Shown here one piece after another: positions 19,704 through 29,932 of a DNA stretch of 64,000 nt (within the stretch, counting starts at the first letter, position 1; the number at the start of each line of letters is the position of its first letter). The DNA lies in contig CAYWYR010000014.1 of the NCBI GenBank assembly GCA_964462685.1, positions 10,813 through 74,812 of the forward strand, in the 5' to 3' direction. This stretch comes from an uncultured Hyphomicrobiales bacterium. GTDB taxonomy: Bacteria > Bacteroidota > Ignavibacteria > Kapaibacteriales > UBA2268. A program made the translations under genes and the position numbers. The notes under the pieces were generated by a model. That model saw nothing but the letters and a program-made list of their open reading frames with translations, was not told where the DNA came from and ran no database searches.

Positions 19704-19902
19704 ATTCCCTCCTTATTTTGACCGCTCCGAGTTCATAGCCGAACATTTTCAGTACATCGTTAACGGTCTCGAAGTTAAGATTAGTCTTGCCCTGTTCTAT
19801 TTTGCGTATTACGGTCAATGCTATGCCTGCTCTGTCAGCGAACTGCTCTTGAGATAGACCGGCCTCTTTTCTTTTTGATTTAAGTAGTGTAGATATATTC
19901 AT
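19690..19902 (-). CDS. hipB: XRE-family HTH protein (HipB-like).
   Basis: 70 aa. SQEQFADRAGIALTVIRKIEQGK is a canonical HTH_3 motif. It overlaps hipS by 14 nt. Confidence 0.7.
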   Translation of the reverse strand: MNISTLLKSKRKEAGLSQEQFADRAGIALTVIRKIEQGKTNLNFETVNDVLKMFGYELGAVKIRREYEES

Positions 19903-20074
19903 ATTATATGTATCCAGATATAGTACTATACAAATATATGAAATTATATGTATGAAGATATAATAGAAAAATTAAACATTGTAGTATATGCAGAAACATA
20001 TACTAGCAATTGATTCTTCAAGTCTCTTCTCAATGAATAGCCATTAATAACACGCACAAAATGCATGTTATATC

Positions 20075-20215
20075 TCATAAAAGACCTCAGCTTTCCTCAT
20101 TATCCTACCTTATTTTAACCGCCCCGAGTTCATAGCTTAATATTTTCAGTACATTATTGACGGTCTCGAAGTTAAGATTGGTCTTCCCCTGTTCTATCTT
20201 GCGTATCAATGTCAA
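20075..20215 (-). pseudogene. Relic duplicate of the hipB 3' end and hipS start.
   Basis: About 80% identical to 19680-19820. It keeps ATGAGGAAAGCTGAGGTC (MRKAEV) and then terminates after 10 codons. Confidence 0.5.
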
Positions 20216-20241
20216 GCCTATTATGGAGCAGCTCGATATGG

Positions 20242-21174
20242 TCAAAAGTGAAAAGCGAACCCTATATTAAAATTATTGGTAACCAATGCTGGAGCTGTAT
20301 TTATAGGCCAGTGCATATTATCTTTCTGTAGTTGGTAGAATGCGAAAGCAAGGCCTGTTTTCAGAATAAAGTGAACTACAGGTACAGCATTCTCATACGA
20401 TTTTAATACACGGTTAATGAAAATATCTGCAAGTACATCTGCTGAACCAGAAACGATTCCTGAAGCTGCCCAATACCAAAATAACAGTCTCGGATAAATA
20501 ACTTGCCTACCATAACTGATATCCAAGGACACTAGATCAATAGGTTGATATTTAATATAGCTTCTAAAATATTGTGTCCAACGGGTATCATCACCGAAAG
20601 TATTCTGTAAATTCTCGTAAGCGTTTCTATCGGCAAATACGCCTATATAAGGATCAGGATCCTGAGGTACGTCATAATTGTAACCTAGCTGTGCGAAACC
20701 TGTGCCGTCTTCTACACCCAGAGTAAGTTTGGATTTCCCCCCGAAGTTCCATCCGTAGCCTTTGGTATTTGCTATTCCTATAGCCCCAAGACTGAACTGT
20801 TGTGCGTTTTCGGTTTGAGTTGCCAATAGTTCAGTATCGTCAGTTAGAATAAAACCGAAGATGCCATAATTCGAATACCCTAAAAGAGACTCGCCTTCAA
20901 TACTGTTCTTCTCAAAGCCAATTAGAGCGGAAAACTGGTCGAGATCATCTCCTTGAAACCCTCTATATAACGGCTGGGTAACCCCAATATCAAACCTAAT
21001 AAATGGTTTTGAATCAAATATATCAGTATCAAATATGATATTATCACTTTCGACATTTGATGAATCTATTGGAGATTCAGCGAATACTTGCAGAGCAAAG
21101 CATAATAGAACGGCTGCTAAAATATTTCTCATATCAACCTTTATTAAGTGGATTTTATTTTTTAAATATAACAC
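20242..21174 (-). CDS. Putative outer-membrane beta-barrel protein.
   Basis: Signal peptide, alternating amphipathic strands and a C-terminal …GFAFHF. Confidence 0.45.
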   Translation of the reverse strand: MLYLKNKIHLIKVDMRNILAAVLLCFALQVFAESPIDSSNVESDNIIFDTDIFDSKPFIRFDIGVTQPLYRGFQGDDLDQFSALIGFEKNSIEGESLLGYSNYGIFGFILTDDTELLATQTENAQQFSLGAIGIANTKGYGWNFGGKSKLTLGVEDGTGFAQLGYNYDVPQDPDPYIGVFADRNAYENLQNTFGDDTRWTQYFRSYIKYQPIDLVSLDISYGRQVIYPRLLFWYWAASGIVSGSADVLADIFINRVLKSYENAVPVVHFILKTGLAFAFYQLQKDNMHWPINTAPALVTNNFNIGFAFHF

Positions 21175-21221
21175 TTTAACATCAATAATTTTTATAGATT
21201 TGAGTATAAATTAGTAATACA

Positions 21222-21260
21222 GAAAAAAAAAGCCTTTCAACTAGTAGCTGAAAGGCTTTT
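21222..21260 (-). terminator. Rho-independent terminator on the minus strand, downstream of the tRNA.
   Basis: Hairpin aagcctttc…gaaaggctt. On the minus strand it is followed by T9 (A-run 21223-21231 on the plus strand). Confidence 0.5.
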
Positions 21261-21274
21261 GTATGATATTTTGT

Positions 21275-21348
21275 GGGCCTGGAGAGGCTTGAACTCCCGA
21301 CAAATGGATTATGAGTCCACTGCTCTAACCAACTGAGCTACAGGCCCG
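21275..21348 (-). tRNA. tRNA-Met (anticodon CAT). It could be an Ile-lysidine type. CCA is not encoded.
   Basis: The reverse complement GGGCCTGTAGCTCAGTTGGTTAGAGCAGTGGACTCATAATCCATTTGTCGGGAGTTCAAGCCTCTCCAGGCCCA folds as a cloverleaf. It has a 7-bp acceptor stem, a D-arm, the anticodon loop CTCATAA and a T-arm. Confidence 0.8.
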
Positions 21349-21423
21349 TTTTGGCCGCTCTGCAACCAAAAGAGCTACAAATATAAAGCTTTTACGATAT
21401 ACAAAGCAATAGTCTGCTGAATA

Positions 21424-22224
21424 TTAATAGTTGAAAAGACCTATAAATAGCCCAGCATGTAGATTAAACCCGTTTGGGCTGATCTCAGGCATATTCTCCA
21501 CAGTACCGATATTATTATAATTCCAGTCATCAGCTGTACCGAAGTTCAGGTTATAGCTAGCACCCGCCCTGAACATGAATAGATTAGTGAACGCCCATTC
21601 TATATTCACCTGTGGCTGTAGCATGATCATATCCTGATCGAATTTCTGGATGCCTTCATTTGTCTGGGGGGCAGCAGTTGTTACTCCATCCCAATCTATA
21701 GTTCTTGCGTTATAAATGGCAAATTCCTGATTGCCATAGCCAATCGTAACTCCGCCCAGAAGTGCGAGCCCGTCAGTCAATACATATCCGTAATCGATAG
21801 CTAATCCAGTATAGCCAACAGTGTATTCAGCTTGCGATGAAATACCGGTATTGTCATTTGTTATTTCATCTGTTAAAGCTGAACCGCTAACACCCATTAC
21901 ACCTATCCGCACGTTTGGTATCCAGGGTAGAACTGTAAAACCCTGCCCACCTATGGTGATAAGCGGGCCGCTAAACTCTCCAAAGCCGAGATCGCCGAGT
22001 TTAGAATTAAGATCATCAAAATCTACGAATGTAAAGTTTGCCACAAACCCACCTGCTACCGCACCGTAAGGTCTGGCACCGTCATCAACGATATCTTCCT
22101 CTTCAAATGGGAGCTCATCAAGCCTTTCATCCTGGGAATATAAAGTAGAGCAGAAAAAGAGAGAAGCTGCAAAAGCGAATAGTAAAGATTTCATAATATC
22201 AGTTTGGTTATTGTATATCTGCAA
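21424..22224 (-). CDS. Putative outer-membrane beta-barrel protein.
   Basis: Signal peptide, Gly/Tyr-rich alternating strands and a C-terminal aromatic residue. 266 aa. Confidence 0.45.
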   Translation of the reverse strand: MQIYNNQTDIMKSLLFAFAASLFFCSTLYSQDERLDELPFEEEDIVDDGARPYGAVAGGFVANFTFVDFDDLNSKLGDLGFGEFSGPLITIGGQGFTVLPWIPNVRIGVMGVSGSALTDEITNDNTGISSQAEYTVGYTGLAIDYGYVLTDGLALLGGVTIGYGNQEFAIYNARTIDWDGVTTAAPQTNEGIQKFDQDMIMLQPQVNIEWAFTNLFMFRAGASYNLNFGTADDWNYNNIGTVENMPEISPNGFNLHAGLFIGLFNY

Positions 22225-22437
22225 TAAGAACGATATAGGGATAGGATTAATTGTTTTTGGCTTATTTAGGGCTTGATATTTATCTTGATACGCTTAAACT
22301 TTAAAATGAGATGATAGGCGCTATGTAAATGAAAGGACTACTATATTATTGCCAAGATATAGTATATAGCTTTAAATTCTCTATACCTTATATTATAAGT
22401 CTGAAAGTATATCAAATGGAAAAAGAGTTCAAGATCA

Positions 22438-24366
22438 ATGGTTATTACACTACCCGACGGAAGCAAACGCGAATATGATGGTAAGAAAACAGCTTATGAA
22501 ATAGCTGAATCGATTTCTGGGGGGCTCGCCCGTAACGCATTGGTTGCCGAAACCAATGGCGGTAAGCGTATCGAGATGAATACTGTTATCGAAGGTGACG
22601 CATTCATGAAATTCTTCACCTGGGATAGTGACGAAGGAAAAGAAGCATTTTGGCACTCCTCGGCTCACCTTCTTGCGGAGGCTCTTCAGGAGCTATACCC
22701 AGGCGTTAAGTTTGGTATCGGCCCAGCAATCGAGAACGGCTTTTACTATGATGTGGATCTGCCTGAAGGACAGTCAATATCTTCAAATGATTTTGAAAAG
22801 ATTGAAAAGAAGATGAAGGAGCTGGCAAAGAAAAAATCTCGGTTCCAGATGTCCGATATTTCTTGGGATAAAGCACTTGAGTATTACAAGGATAAGGGTA
22901 ACGAGTATAAAGTAGAACTTATCGAAGGTTTGGAAGGGCAGGATATATCTTTTTGCCAGCACGGTGGCTTTACTGATCTGTGCCGAGGCGGACATATTCC
23001 CCATACCGGCCATATCAAGGCAATTAAGATTTTATCAGTAGCCTCGGCTTACTGGAGGGGCGATAGTGATAGACCTACTTTGACAAGGCTATACGGTATT
23101 ACTTTCCCTAAAGCAAATATGCTGGAGGAATTCCTTCACTTGCGCGAAGAAGCTGAAAAACGCGATCACCGTAAACTGGGTAAAGAGTTGAAGCTTTTTA
23201 TGATGACTCCGGAGGTAGGCCAGGGGCTGCCAGTATGGCTTCCGAAAGGTGCATTTATCAGGCGGAAGTTGGAAAACTTCATTAAGGAAGAGCTTATCGC
23301 GCGTGGATACCAGGAAGTTATCACACCGCATATAGGTAATCTGGAGCTGTATAAAACATCTGGTCACTATCCATATTATAAAGATTCCCAGTTCTCCCCG
23401 ATTGAAGTAGATGATGAGTATTATATGCTTAAGCCGATGAACTGCCCACATCACCACATGATATATGAGCATGAACCAAGGTCATACCGTGACCTTCCGA
23501 TAAGGCTTGCTGAGTTTGGTACAGTTTATCGTTATGAGCAAAGCGGAGAGCTTAATGGGTTCACTAGGGTTAGATGCTTTACTCAAGATGACGCTCATAT
23601 TTACTGTACCGATGATCAGTTAAAAGACGAGATAAAGAACTGTGTAGAGCTAACGCAGCTTGTTTTCTCGACATTTGGAATGGACGTATCAACTAGGCTG
23701 TCATTCAAAGATGATAACCCAGATAAATATGCAGGTAACGATGAAAACTGGGACAAATCTCAAAGAATTATAAAAGAAGTAGCTGATGAGTTAGAGCTTG
23801 ATTATTTCATCGGAGATGGTGAGGCAAGCTTCTACGGACCCAAAATAGACTTTATAGTTAAAGACGCACTGGGAAGAAAATGGCAGCTTGGTACTGTGCA
23901 GGTTGATTACGTTATGCCTGAGAGATTTGATCTGGATTATACTGGATCAGATAATGAGAAACACAGACCAGTTATCATTCACCGTGCGCCGTTCGGCTCG
24001 ATGGAAAGATTCATATCGATACTTATTGAACATTACGCTGGTAATTTCCCTGTTTGGTTAGCCCCGGTTCAGATATCGGTATTACCTATATCGGACAAAC
24101 ATAAAGATTATGCAGAATCTGTTGTCGCTAAATTAGAAAAGCAAGGTTTTAGGGTTGAGATCGATACAAGAACTGAAAAGGTAAACAGAAAGATAGCCGA
24201 AAGCGAACAAGCTAAAATTCCTTATTCATTCATTATTGGTGATAAAGAAGTAGAGGCAGGTGCTGTATCTGTCCGTGAACATACTGTCGGCAATAGGGGA
24301 TCGATGGCAATTGACGATATCATTGCTGAGATAGCTGAGAAAAACAAAGAGGGCAGGGGACACTGA
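22438..24366 (+). CDS. thrS: Threonine--tRNA ligase.
   Basis: 642 aa with TGS, editing, class II core (motifs 2 and 3) and anticodon-binding domains. There is strong family resemblance throughout. Confidence 0.95.
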   Translation: MVITLPDGSKREYDGKKTAYEIAESISGGLARNALVAETNGGKRIEMNTVIEGDAFMKFFTWDSDEGKEAFWHSSAHLLAEALQELYPGVKFGIGPAIENGFYYDVDLPEGQSISSNDFEKIEKKMKELAKKKSRFQMSDISWDKALEYYKDKGNEYKVELIEGLEGQDISFCQHGGFTDLCRGGHIPHTGHIKAIKILSVASAYWRGDSDRPTLTRLYGITFPKANMLEEFLHLREEAEKRDHRKLGKELKLFMMTPEVGQGLPVWLPKGAFIRRKLENFIKEELIARGYQEVITPHIGNLELYKTSGHYPYYKDSQFSPIEVDDEYYMLKPMNCPHHHMIYEHEPRSYRDLPIRLAEFGTVYRYEQSGELNGFTRVRCFTQDDAHIYCTDDQLKDEIKNCVELTQLVFSTFGMDVSTRLSFKDDNPDKYAGNDENWDKSQRIIKEVADELELDYFIGDGEASFYGPKIDFIVKDALGRKWQLGTVQVDYVMPERFDLDYTGSDNEKHRPVIIHRAPFGSMERFISILIEHYAGNFPVWLAPVQISVLPISDKHKDYAESVVAKLEKQGFRVEIDTRTEKVNRKIAESEQAKIPYSFIIGDKEVEAGAVSVREHTVGNRGSMAIDDIIAEIAEKNKEGRGH

Positions 24367-24367
24367 C

Positions 24368-24961
24368 ATGCCCGAAAATCTGATACAAAAAGATAATTCT
24401 CCAAGTATTATAGTGATGTCTAGCCCATCGGGGGGCGGGAAATCCACTATCGCTAAACACCTTATGAAGCTTGCTCCCGGCCTGAAGTTTAGCGTTAGCG
24501 CCACTACCCGTAAGATGCGGCCTGGAGAAGAGCACGGTAAAGACTACTATTTCCTGACTAGAGAAGAGTTTGAGGAACGAATCTCGGAGGATGGGCTTAT
24601 TGAATATGAAGAGATATTCGGAAACTATTATGGCACTTTAAAGCATGTAGTGCAATCCAGCATTATCAATGGTGAGAAAACTATTTATGATGTTGATGTA
24701 AAAGGTGCCAAGTCACTCAAAAAAGCATTTCCGAAAGATACACTTACTATTTTTATTAAGCCCCCGAGTAGGGAAGAGCTTGAACGAAGATTAAGAAGGC
24801 GGGACACAGAAACCGAAGAAAGCCTTGTAAAGAGACTTGCACGAGTTGATGAGGAAATGCAATATGAAAATGAATTCGATATCGTAATAGTCAACGATAA
24901 ATTAGAAGAAGCTTTCAAAGAGATTGATAAAGTAGCTACTCTACATGGTCTTATAAAGTAA
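24368..24961 (+). CDS. gmk: Guanylate kinase.
   Basis: P-loop SSPSGGGKST and guanylate-kinase motifs (SATTRKMRPGEEHGKDYYF). Confidence 0.9.
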   Translation: MPENLIQKDNSPSIIVMSSPSGGGKSTIAKHLMKLAPGLKFSVSATTRKMRPGEEHGKDYYFLTREEFEERISEDGLIEYEEIFGNYYGTLKHVVQSSIINGEKTIYDVDVKGAKSLKKAFPKDTLTIFIKPPSREELERRLRRRDTETEESLVKRLARVDEEMQYENEFDIVIVNDKLEEAFKEIDKVATLHGLIK

Positions 24962-25012
24962 CTTATATCCTTTAGATAAAGTAATATAATACATCAACCG
25001 AGGGATACCTAA

Positions 25013-25336
25013 ATGAACATACAATACATTTCTGACAGCAATGGCACACCGACTGGAGTTTTTATTCCTATCAAAGATTGGGAAGAGATTGAAAGAATAC
25101 TTGAGCTAAATAGTAATGATGTAGGCATTAAAAGTGATCAAGTCAATGAAATCAAAGTAAATTATAAATCGCCTAATTATAAAAAATCTGATGATATATC
25201 TATTGAAGAGATTGATAGTGGAAAAGATGCAGAAAATATACCTGAATGGCATAAATCAATTATCGAGGGCAGACTTAGTAATGGGGATAGAGAATATTTA
25301 TCGGTAGATGAAGCTGTTTCAATCTTAAAACTATAA
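25013..25336 (+). CDS. Putative antitoxin (partner of the ParE/RelE-like toxin).
   Basis: 107-aa acidic ORF 4 nt upstream of the toxin-like gene. Confidence 0.4.
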   Translation: MNIQYISDSNGTPTGVFIPIKDWEEIERILELNSNDVGIKSDQVNEIKVNYKSPNYKKSDDISIEEIDSGKDAENIPEWHKSIIEGRLSNGDREYLSVDEAVSILKL

Positions 25337-25340
25337 AACC

Positions 25341-25619
25341 GTGACTATACGTTTTTCTAAAGAATCTGTTGAAGATCTTAAAAAAATCAGAGCTTGGTAT
25401 ATAGAAATATCTGAGAGCGTATTAAAAAAGTTTGTTGTGGAATTTGAAAGTTCGTTAAGTCTTATAAAAAAAGAACCCTTACTAAGTATAAAATATAAAA
25501 GAAACATATACAGAAAACTTATGAAAAGGTATCCGTACAGTATTTATTACGAAGTAGAGGATAAGTTTATTAATATTATTGCAGTACTTCATAATTCCCG
25601 AGATATCACTGACATTTAA
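25341..25619 (+). CDS. ParE/RelE-family type II toxin.
   Basis: 92 aa. Family pattern …RAWYIEISE…YRKLMKRYPYSIYYEVEDKFINIIAVLH…. Confidence 0.6.
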   Translation: MTIRFSKESVEDLKKIRAWYIEISESVLKKFVVEFESSLSLIKKEPLLSIKYKRNIYRKLMKRYPYSIYYEVEDKFINIIAVLHNSRDITDI

Positions 25620-25727
25620 CTCCTACTAGATATTAAATCAACTGGCAAATCATAATTTAATTTTCCAAACTAAGTCAAAAAGCAATACATATCAGCGGTA
25701 TTAAGAAAAGCAGGTCTTCTTTTTGTT

Positions 25728-26489
25728 TTGGATAGATTGAAGTTCTACTACGATAAGAGGAAGAACAGCAGCAATAATAGAGCATTCTTAAAGGAATATC
25801 CTGATGTCGCACTGCCGCCAGATTACCTAATGTATGAGTCTTTCGGGCTAGATTACAGGAATTATTATATCGAAGGGCGGGAGACAGCAAGGTGGATTAT
25901 ATCTATTATCGCAAATCATACAGAGTTAAATAACCTAAAGATTTTGGATTGGGGTTGTGGACCTGGCCGAATAGTAAGGCATCTGCCTGAACTATTGCCG
26001 GATACATCTACGGTATATGCTACTGACTACAACCCAGAATCAATTCCTTGGTGTAGTTCTCACATCAAGGGTGTAGAATTCAATAAAAACGATCTTAAAC
26101 CTGAATTACCTTATAAAACTGGTACTTTCGGAGCTCTCTATGGTCTGTCAATATTTACCCACTTATCAGAAGAAATGCATTTTGGCTGGATGTTGGAACT
26201 CTCCAGAGTTTTGGATAATGGAGGTATCGCACTGCTGACTACTCAAGGTGATAATTACAAAAATAAAATGACTGCGGCAGAGCTAAAAAGGTTTGAGAAA
26301 GGTGAACTCGTTGTAAGAGGCAAAGTAAAGGAAGGCCATAGAACATTTTCAGCTTTTCAACCAGATAGCTTTATGATGAGTTTGTTTGAAAAGTGCGGTT
26401 TAAGTGTAGTAGAAAAAGTAGTTATCGAGGAAAAAGATAAGAACTATACCCCTCAGGATGTTTGGGTGGTCAGAAAAAAAGAGTTTTAA
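25728..26489 (+). CDS. Class I SAM-dependent methyltransferase.
   Basis: Motif I ILDWGCGPGRIV. 253 aa. Confidence 0.7.
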   Translation: MDRLKFYYDKRKNSSNNRAFLKEYPDVALPPDYLMYESFGLDYRNYYIEGRETARWIISIIANHTELNNLKILDWGCGPGRIVRHLPELLPDTSTVYATDYNPESIPWCSSHIKGVEFNKNDLKPELPYKTGTFGALYGLSIFTHLSEEMHFGWMLELSRVLDNGGIALLTTQGDNYKNKMTAAELKRFEKGELVVRGKVKEGHRTFSAFQPDSFMMSLFEKCGLSVVEKVVIEEKDKNYTPQDVWVVRKKEF

Positions 26490-26497
26490 CCGTTACT

Positions 26498-27808
26498 CTA
26501 TCTGGCTACTGCCACAGCTACCGAAGCGTCCCCAGTAACATTGGTAACCGTCCTACACATATCCAGAATTCTATCTACGCCTATAATTAGAGCGATACCT
26601 TCCGCGGGAATGCCGAGGCTGTTTAGTATCATAACTAACATTATAATACCAACGCCGGGCACAGGAGCTGTTCCGATCGATGCAAGAACAGTTATAAAGA
26701 TAATAGAAAGCTGTTCTGCAACGGAAAGGTCTATTGAGTAGAACTGGGCTATGAATATCGCTGCTACTCCTTGATAAAGAGCAGTGCCATCCATATTAAT
26801 TGTAGCCCCCAAAGGTAGTACGAAATTTGTTATTTCCTTCTTGATACCAAGTTTTTTCTGTAGGGTATCTATAGTAATAGGCAAAGTGGCAGCCGATGAT
26901 GATGTTGAGAAAGCTACTGCTTGTGGCGTTGTCATAGCTTTGAAAAATTTCACTACATCGTATTTTCCGATAAATTTGACAATCCCCCCGTAAACGAATA
27001 CTGTTTGGATCAGCAGACCAAGCACTACGGTTATAATATATATAGCCAGTGTATCAAGTATCTCAAAACCGAAGGAGGCAATGATAGCTGCCATCAGTGC
27101 AAATACTCCATAAGGCGCTATAAGCATAATGATATCTACCATACGTACCATTACAGTGGATATACCTTCGAAAAAAGCGGTAACCGGTTTAGCTTTCTCT
27201 TTGTCAATAAGGGATAGTGTGATACCGAATATAATCGAAAGGAATACTATCTGTAGCATCTCACCCGATGTAACAGCGGCGAACGGATTCCTTGGTACGA
27301 TACCTATCAGAAAATCCAACACATTTATATCAACAGCTCTGTTACCTACGCTGGTAACCCCACCAGCAAGACCTTCCACGTTATCTATACCTGCACCAGG
27401 TTGGATCAGATTAGCGAGAGTCATTCCTATAGTAATTGCTATAGTAGTTGTTGATACATATATAAGCATAGCCTTGCCACCGATTTTCCCGATCTTGGCA
27501 ACGCTTTCCAAACTGGAAGCGCCTACGACTAAAGAAGATATTACAAGAGGTATAGCTATAAAGCTAAGCAGATTAATAAAAAGATCGCCGATCGGCTTGA
27601 TTAAGGTGGCTATTGAATAATCTTGTTCGGTATCTGTAACACCGCTGATTACTATATCACCACTTTTGGTGGCTAAATCTATAGGCTGATTGATATTCGC
27701 AAGGCCGAAGTCATCTTTGGTAAACGTTTCACCAGTAGAGGCAAGCACTAAAGAATCGCTGAAACGTAAGGTTTTTTCAACGCCCTCGCGGGTTTCTACG
27801 TGGTACAC
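26498..27808 (-). CDS. Dicarboxylate/amino-acid:cation symporter (DAACS / GltP family).
   Basis: 436 aa and polytopic. It has the conserved AFSTSSSAATLP and NMDGTALY motifs. Confidence 0.85.
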   Translation of the reverse strand: MYHVETREGVEKTLRFSDSLVLASTGETFTKDDFGLANINQPIDLATKSGDIVISGVTDTEQDYSIATLIKPIGDLFINLLSFIAIPLVISSLVVGASSLESVAKIGKIGGKAMLIYVSTTTIAITIGMTLANLIQPGAGIDNVEGLAGGVTSVGNRAVDINVLDFLIGIVPRNPFAAVTSGEMLQIVFLSIIFGITLSLIDKEKAKPVTAFFEGISTVMVRMVDIIMLIAPYGVFALMAAIIASFGFEILDTLAIYIITVVLGLLIQTVFVYGGIVKFIGKYDVVKFFKAMTTPQAVAFSTSSSAATLPITIDTLQKKLGIKKEITNFVLPLGATINMDGTALYQGVAAIFIAQFYSIDLSVAEQLSIIFITVLASIGTAPVPGVGIIMLVMILNSLGIPAEGIALIIGVDRILDMCRTVTNVTGDASVAVAVAR

Positions 27809-27916
27809 GCCACTATCTACAGGGAAGAACCCACCGAAAACCGCACCTAAGATAAGCGCGATTATTATCTTGGTGTGTAATGGGATTTTCTTCGATTTAT
27901 CTAGTATTGACAGGGT

Positions 27917-28480
27917 TTAGATCCTGATAGCGAATTTGAACCATTCCCAGTATTTATCAAATGATCTTTTCATCTCATCGGATGGGAAATATAATCCGTC
28001 AAACTTGAATGTATAACTACCGGAACCGTCCTGCTCAGCAATAAAATCCTTATCTCCGAACTTAGATCTTTCAACATAGCCATATTGTACTAAAACAGGT
28101 GCTAACTCACCTAAGATATATTTGAACTTCTCTGGCATAAACTCTTCAATACTTTTGTACCGGTCATTCTGTGTGGAAGAATCCGTATTCAGATCCCACC
28201 AGAGCGATTCATCTGAAAGCAATGAATCTATCTTAACTGCGGATTCAGATTTGAGTTTGATAATCTGATCTTTGAAATCAAATTTCTGCTCGTTTGACAT
28301 CTGAGCAGTGATTTCTTTTTTGATCGAGTAAAAGTTGTCGGAAATACCATCATACCAATCGGCAACGTATTCCTTGGTAGATTCTATAAACTCTAATCTG
28401 AAAGCCGCCATCTGAACTCGCAACTCGTCGATCTGATTCTGTTTTGATACTGTCTGTGTTTGTTTTAGTGCTGATGTCAT
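27917..28480 (-). CDS. Hypothetical protein.
   Basis: 187-aa ORF with good coding character and no motif I recognise. Confidence 0.4.
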   Translation of the reverse strand: MTSALKQTQTVSKQNQIDELRVQMAAFRLEFIESTKEYVADWYDGISDNFYSIKKEITAQMSNEQKFDFKDQIIKLKSESAVKIDSLLSDESLWWDLNTDSSTQNDRYKSIEEFMPEKFKYILGELAPVLVQYGYVERSKFGDKDFIAEQDGSGSYTFKFDGLYFPSDEMKRSFDKYWEWFKFAIRI

Positions 28481-28616
28481 ATTTTAATTTTGGCTTTGTT
28501 TTCCGTGTCTTGCTCAAGTATCACAATCTTAGGATCTATCTGAATTCAAATATAAGTATATGACAAGTAAATAGTTTACCAGATCTAAATTTTATAAGCA
28601 AGAAAGTAGTTTATTA

Positions 28617-29561
28617 CTATTCTGCCTCTTTCAAACTCTCCAATAATTTTTGTTGTTTATCAGTAATTTTCTTTGGTAATTGAGGCATAAGTTCTAAATA
28701 GAGATCCCCGAACTTACCGGATTCTTTATAGACCGGCATACCCATATTCTTAAGCTTGAGTGTTTTACCGGTTTGAGATAAAGCAGGAACAGTCAGATTG
28801 ATCTTGCCTTTCGGGGTGGTTACTTCAGCACTGCCCCCCAATATCATTGTAGTGTAATCAATAAGTGCGGATTTTTTCAAATCCGTTCCAGAAATCTCAT
28901 ATTCGTGATCGCTGCTGACGATTATATTGACGAGTAGATTCCCGTTCGTTCCACCGTTAGCCCCTTTGTGCCCTTTTCCGGTAATCTTAAGGGTCTGGCC
29001 TGTTTCTATACCTGGTTTAACAGATAGTTGAATTGAGCTGCCGTTTACTTTAAGTCTTCTAAGAGTTCCCCGGTAAGCTTCTTCAAAGGATATTTCGATA
29101 GATGTCTCTAAATCCTTTCCGTTCTGTGGCGGGGATTGAGAATATCTTTGCCTACCGCCGGCTGAGCCTGCTCCGCCCATTCCTCCGAATATCTTTTCAA
29201 AAAAATCAGATAGACCGCCACCGTCATCAAACATATCGCCTACGGTTCGGCTCCTGCCTCTGTTGCCGCCCTGGTTTTGTGCATACCACTCACTCCAATC
29301 GAATCCGCCCCCTCCCTGGGTCTGATCGCCTCCGTAATCTCTGTATGACGAACCGAGCCTGTCATACTTTGCTCTTTTTTCAGGATCCTTCAGTACTTCA
29401 TAGGCCTCTGAGATTTCTTTGAATTTTTCTTCAGAAGCATTGTCGCCTTTGTTTTTATCGGGATGATATTTCTGTGCAAGCTTACGATATGACTTTTTGA
29501 TATCATCGGCAGTGGCTTTTTTATCAAGCCCTAAAGATTTATAGTAGTCTTTGAATTCCAT
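28617..29561 (-). CDS. DnaJ-class chaperone without a zinc finger (CbpA-like: J-domain plus DnaJ C-terminal domains).
   Basis: J-domain [33 protein letters not shown], a Gly-rich linker and DnaJ_C. The most likely start is MEFKDYY at 29561. The track ORF runs to 29666. Confidence 0.75.
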   Translation of the reverse strand: MEFKDYYKSLGLDKKATADDIKKSYRKLAQKYHPDKNKGDNASEEKFKEISEAYEVLKDPEKRAKYDRLGSSYRDYGGDQTQGGGGFDWSEWYAQNQGGNRGRSRTVGDMFDDGGGLSDFFEKIFGGMGGAGSAGGRQRYSQSPPQNGKDLETSIEISFEEAYRGTLRRLKVNGSSIQLSVKPGIETGQTLKITGKGHKGANGGTNGNLLVNIIVSSDHEYEISGTDLKKSALIDYTTMILGGSAEVTTPKGKINLTVPALSQTGKTLKLKNMGMPVYKESGKFGDLYLELMPQLPKKITDKQQKLLESLKEAE

Positions 29562-29932
29562 TAGCGAAAACTGAAAGTAAGATTTTGATTTGTACTGAGT
29601 AACAATGTTACAACGAAAAGGTGGATGTGTTGGTTTATTATTGAAAAAAGAGCGACAAAATGTCACTTAGTATTTAAAATGTGAATGTTTAAGATTATGC
29701 TTTAGGATTTACTGTTGATTTCTAAAATTCTCAAAGTACCAAATGGAAAGCTATACCTGATAAAGTTGTTAAAGCCAATTGTCGATAATTTGTTAAATAC
29801 TAGAAAATATAACAATATATAGTTCAAAAGTGTCGTAACATTTATATTGATGTAGCAGTAACATTAATATGAAATATTCATTATATTAGTATTAAGGATA
29901 TTTTTATAAACTTTGTTTAGTATCGGGCTTAT

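Noticed and set aside
21275-21348. tRNA as the integration site of an island (the tRNA is flanked by two outer-membrane-protein genes).
   Set aside because: There is no direct repeat of the tRNA 3' end nearby, and the flanking genes are compositionally normal.
26541-27620. Plus-strand ORFs of 66-163 aa opposite the dicarboxylate symporter.
   Set aside because: Antisense to a confidently assigned transporter. The composition is driven by the hydrophobic codons of the sense strand.
28617-29666. N-terminal 35-aa extension ([16 protein letters not shown]…) on the DnaJ-like protein.
   Set aside because: The J-domain starts exactly at the internal Met ([11 protein letters not shown]), and the extension has non-coding-like composition. 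I chose the downstream start.
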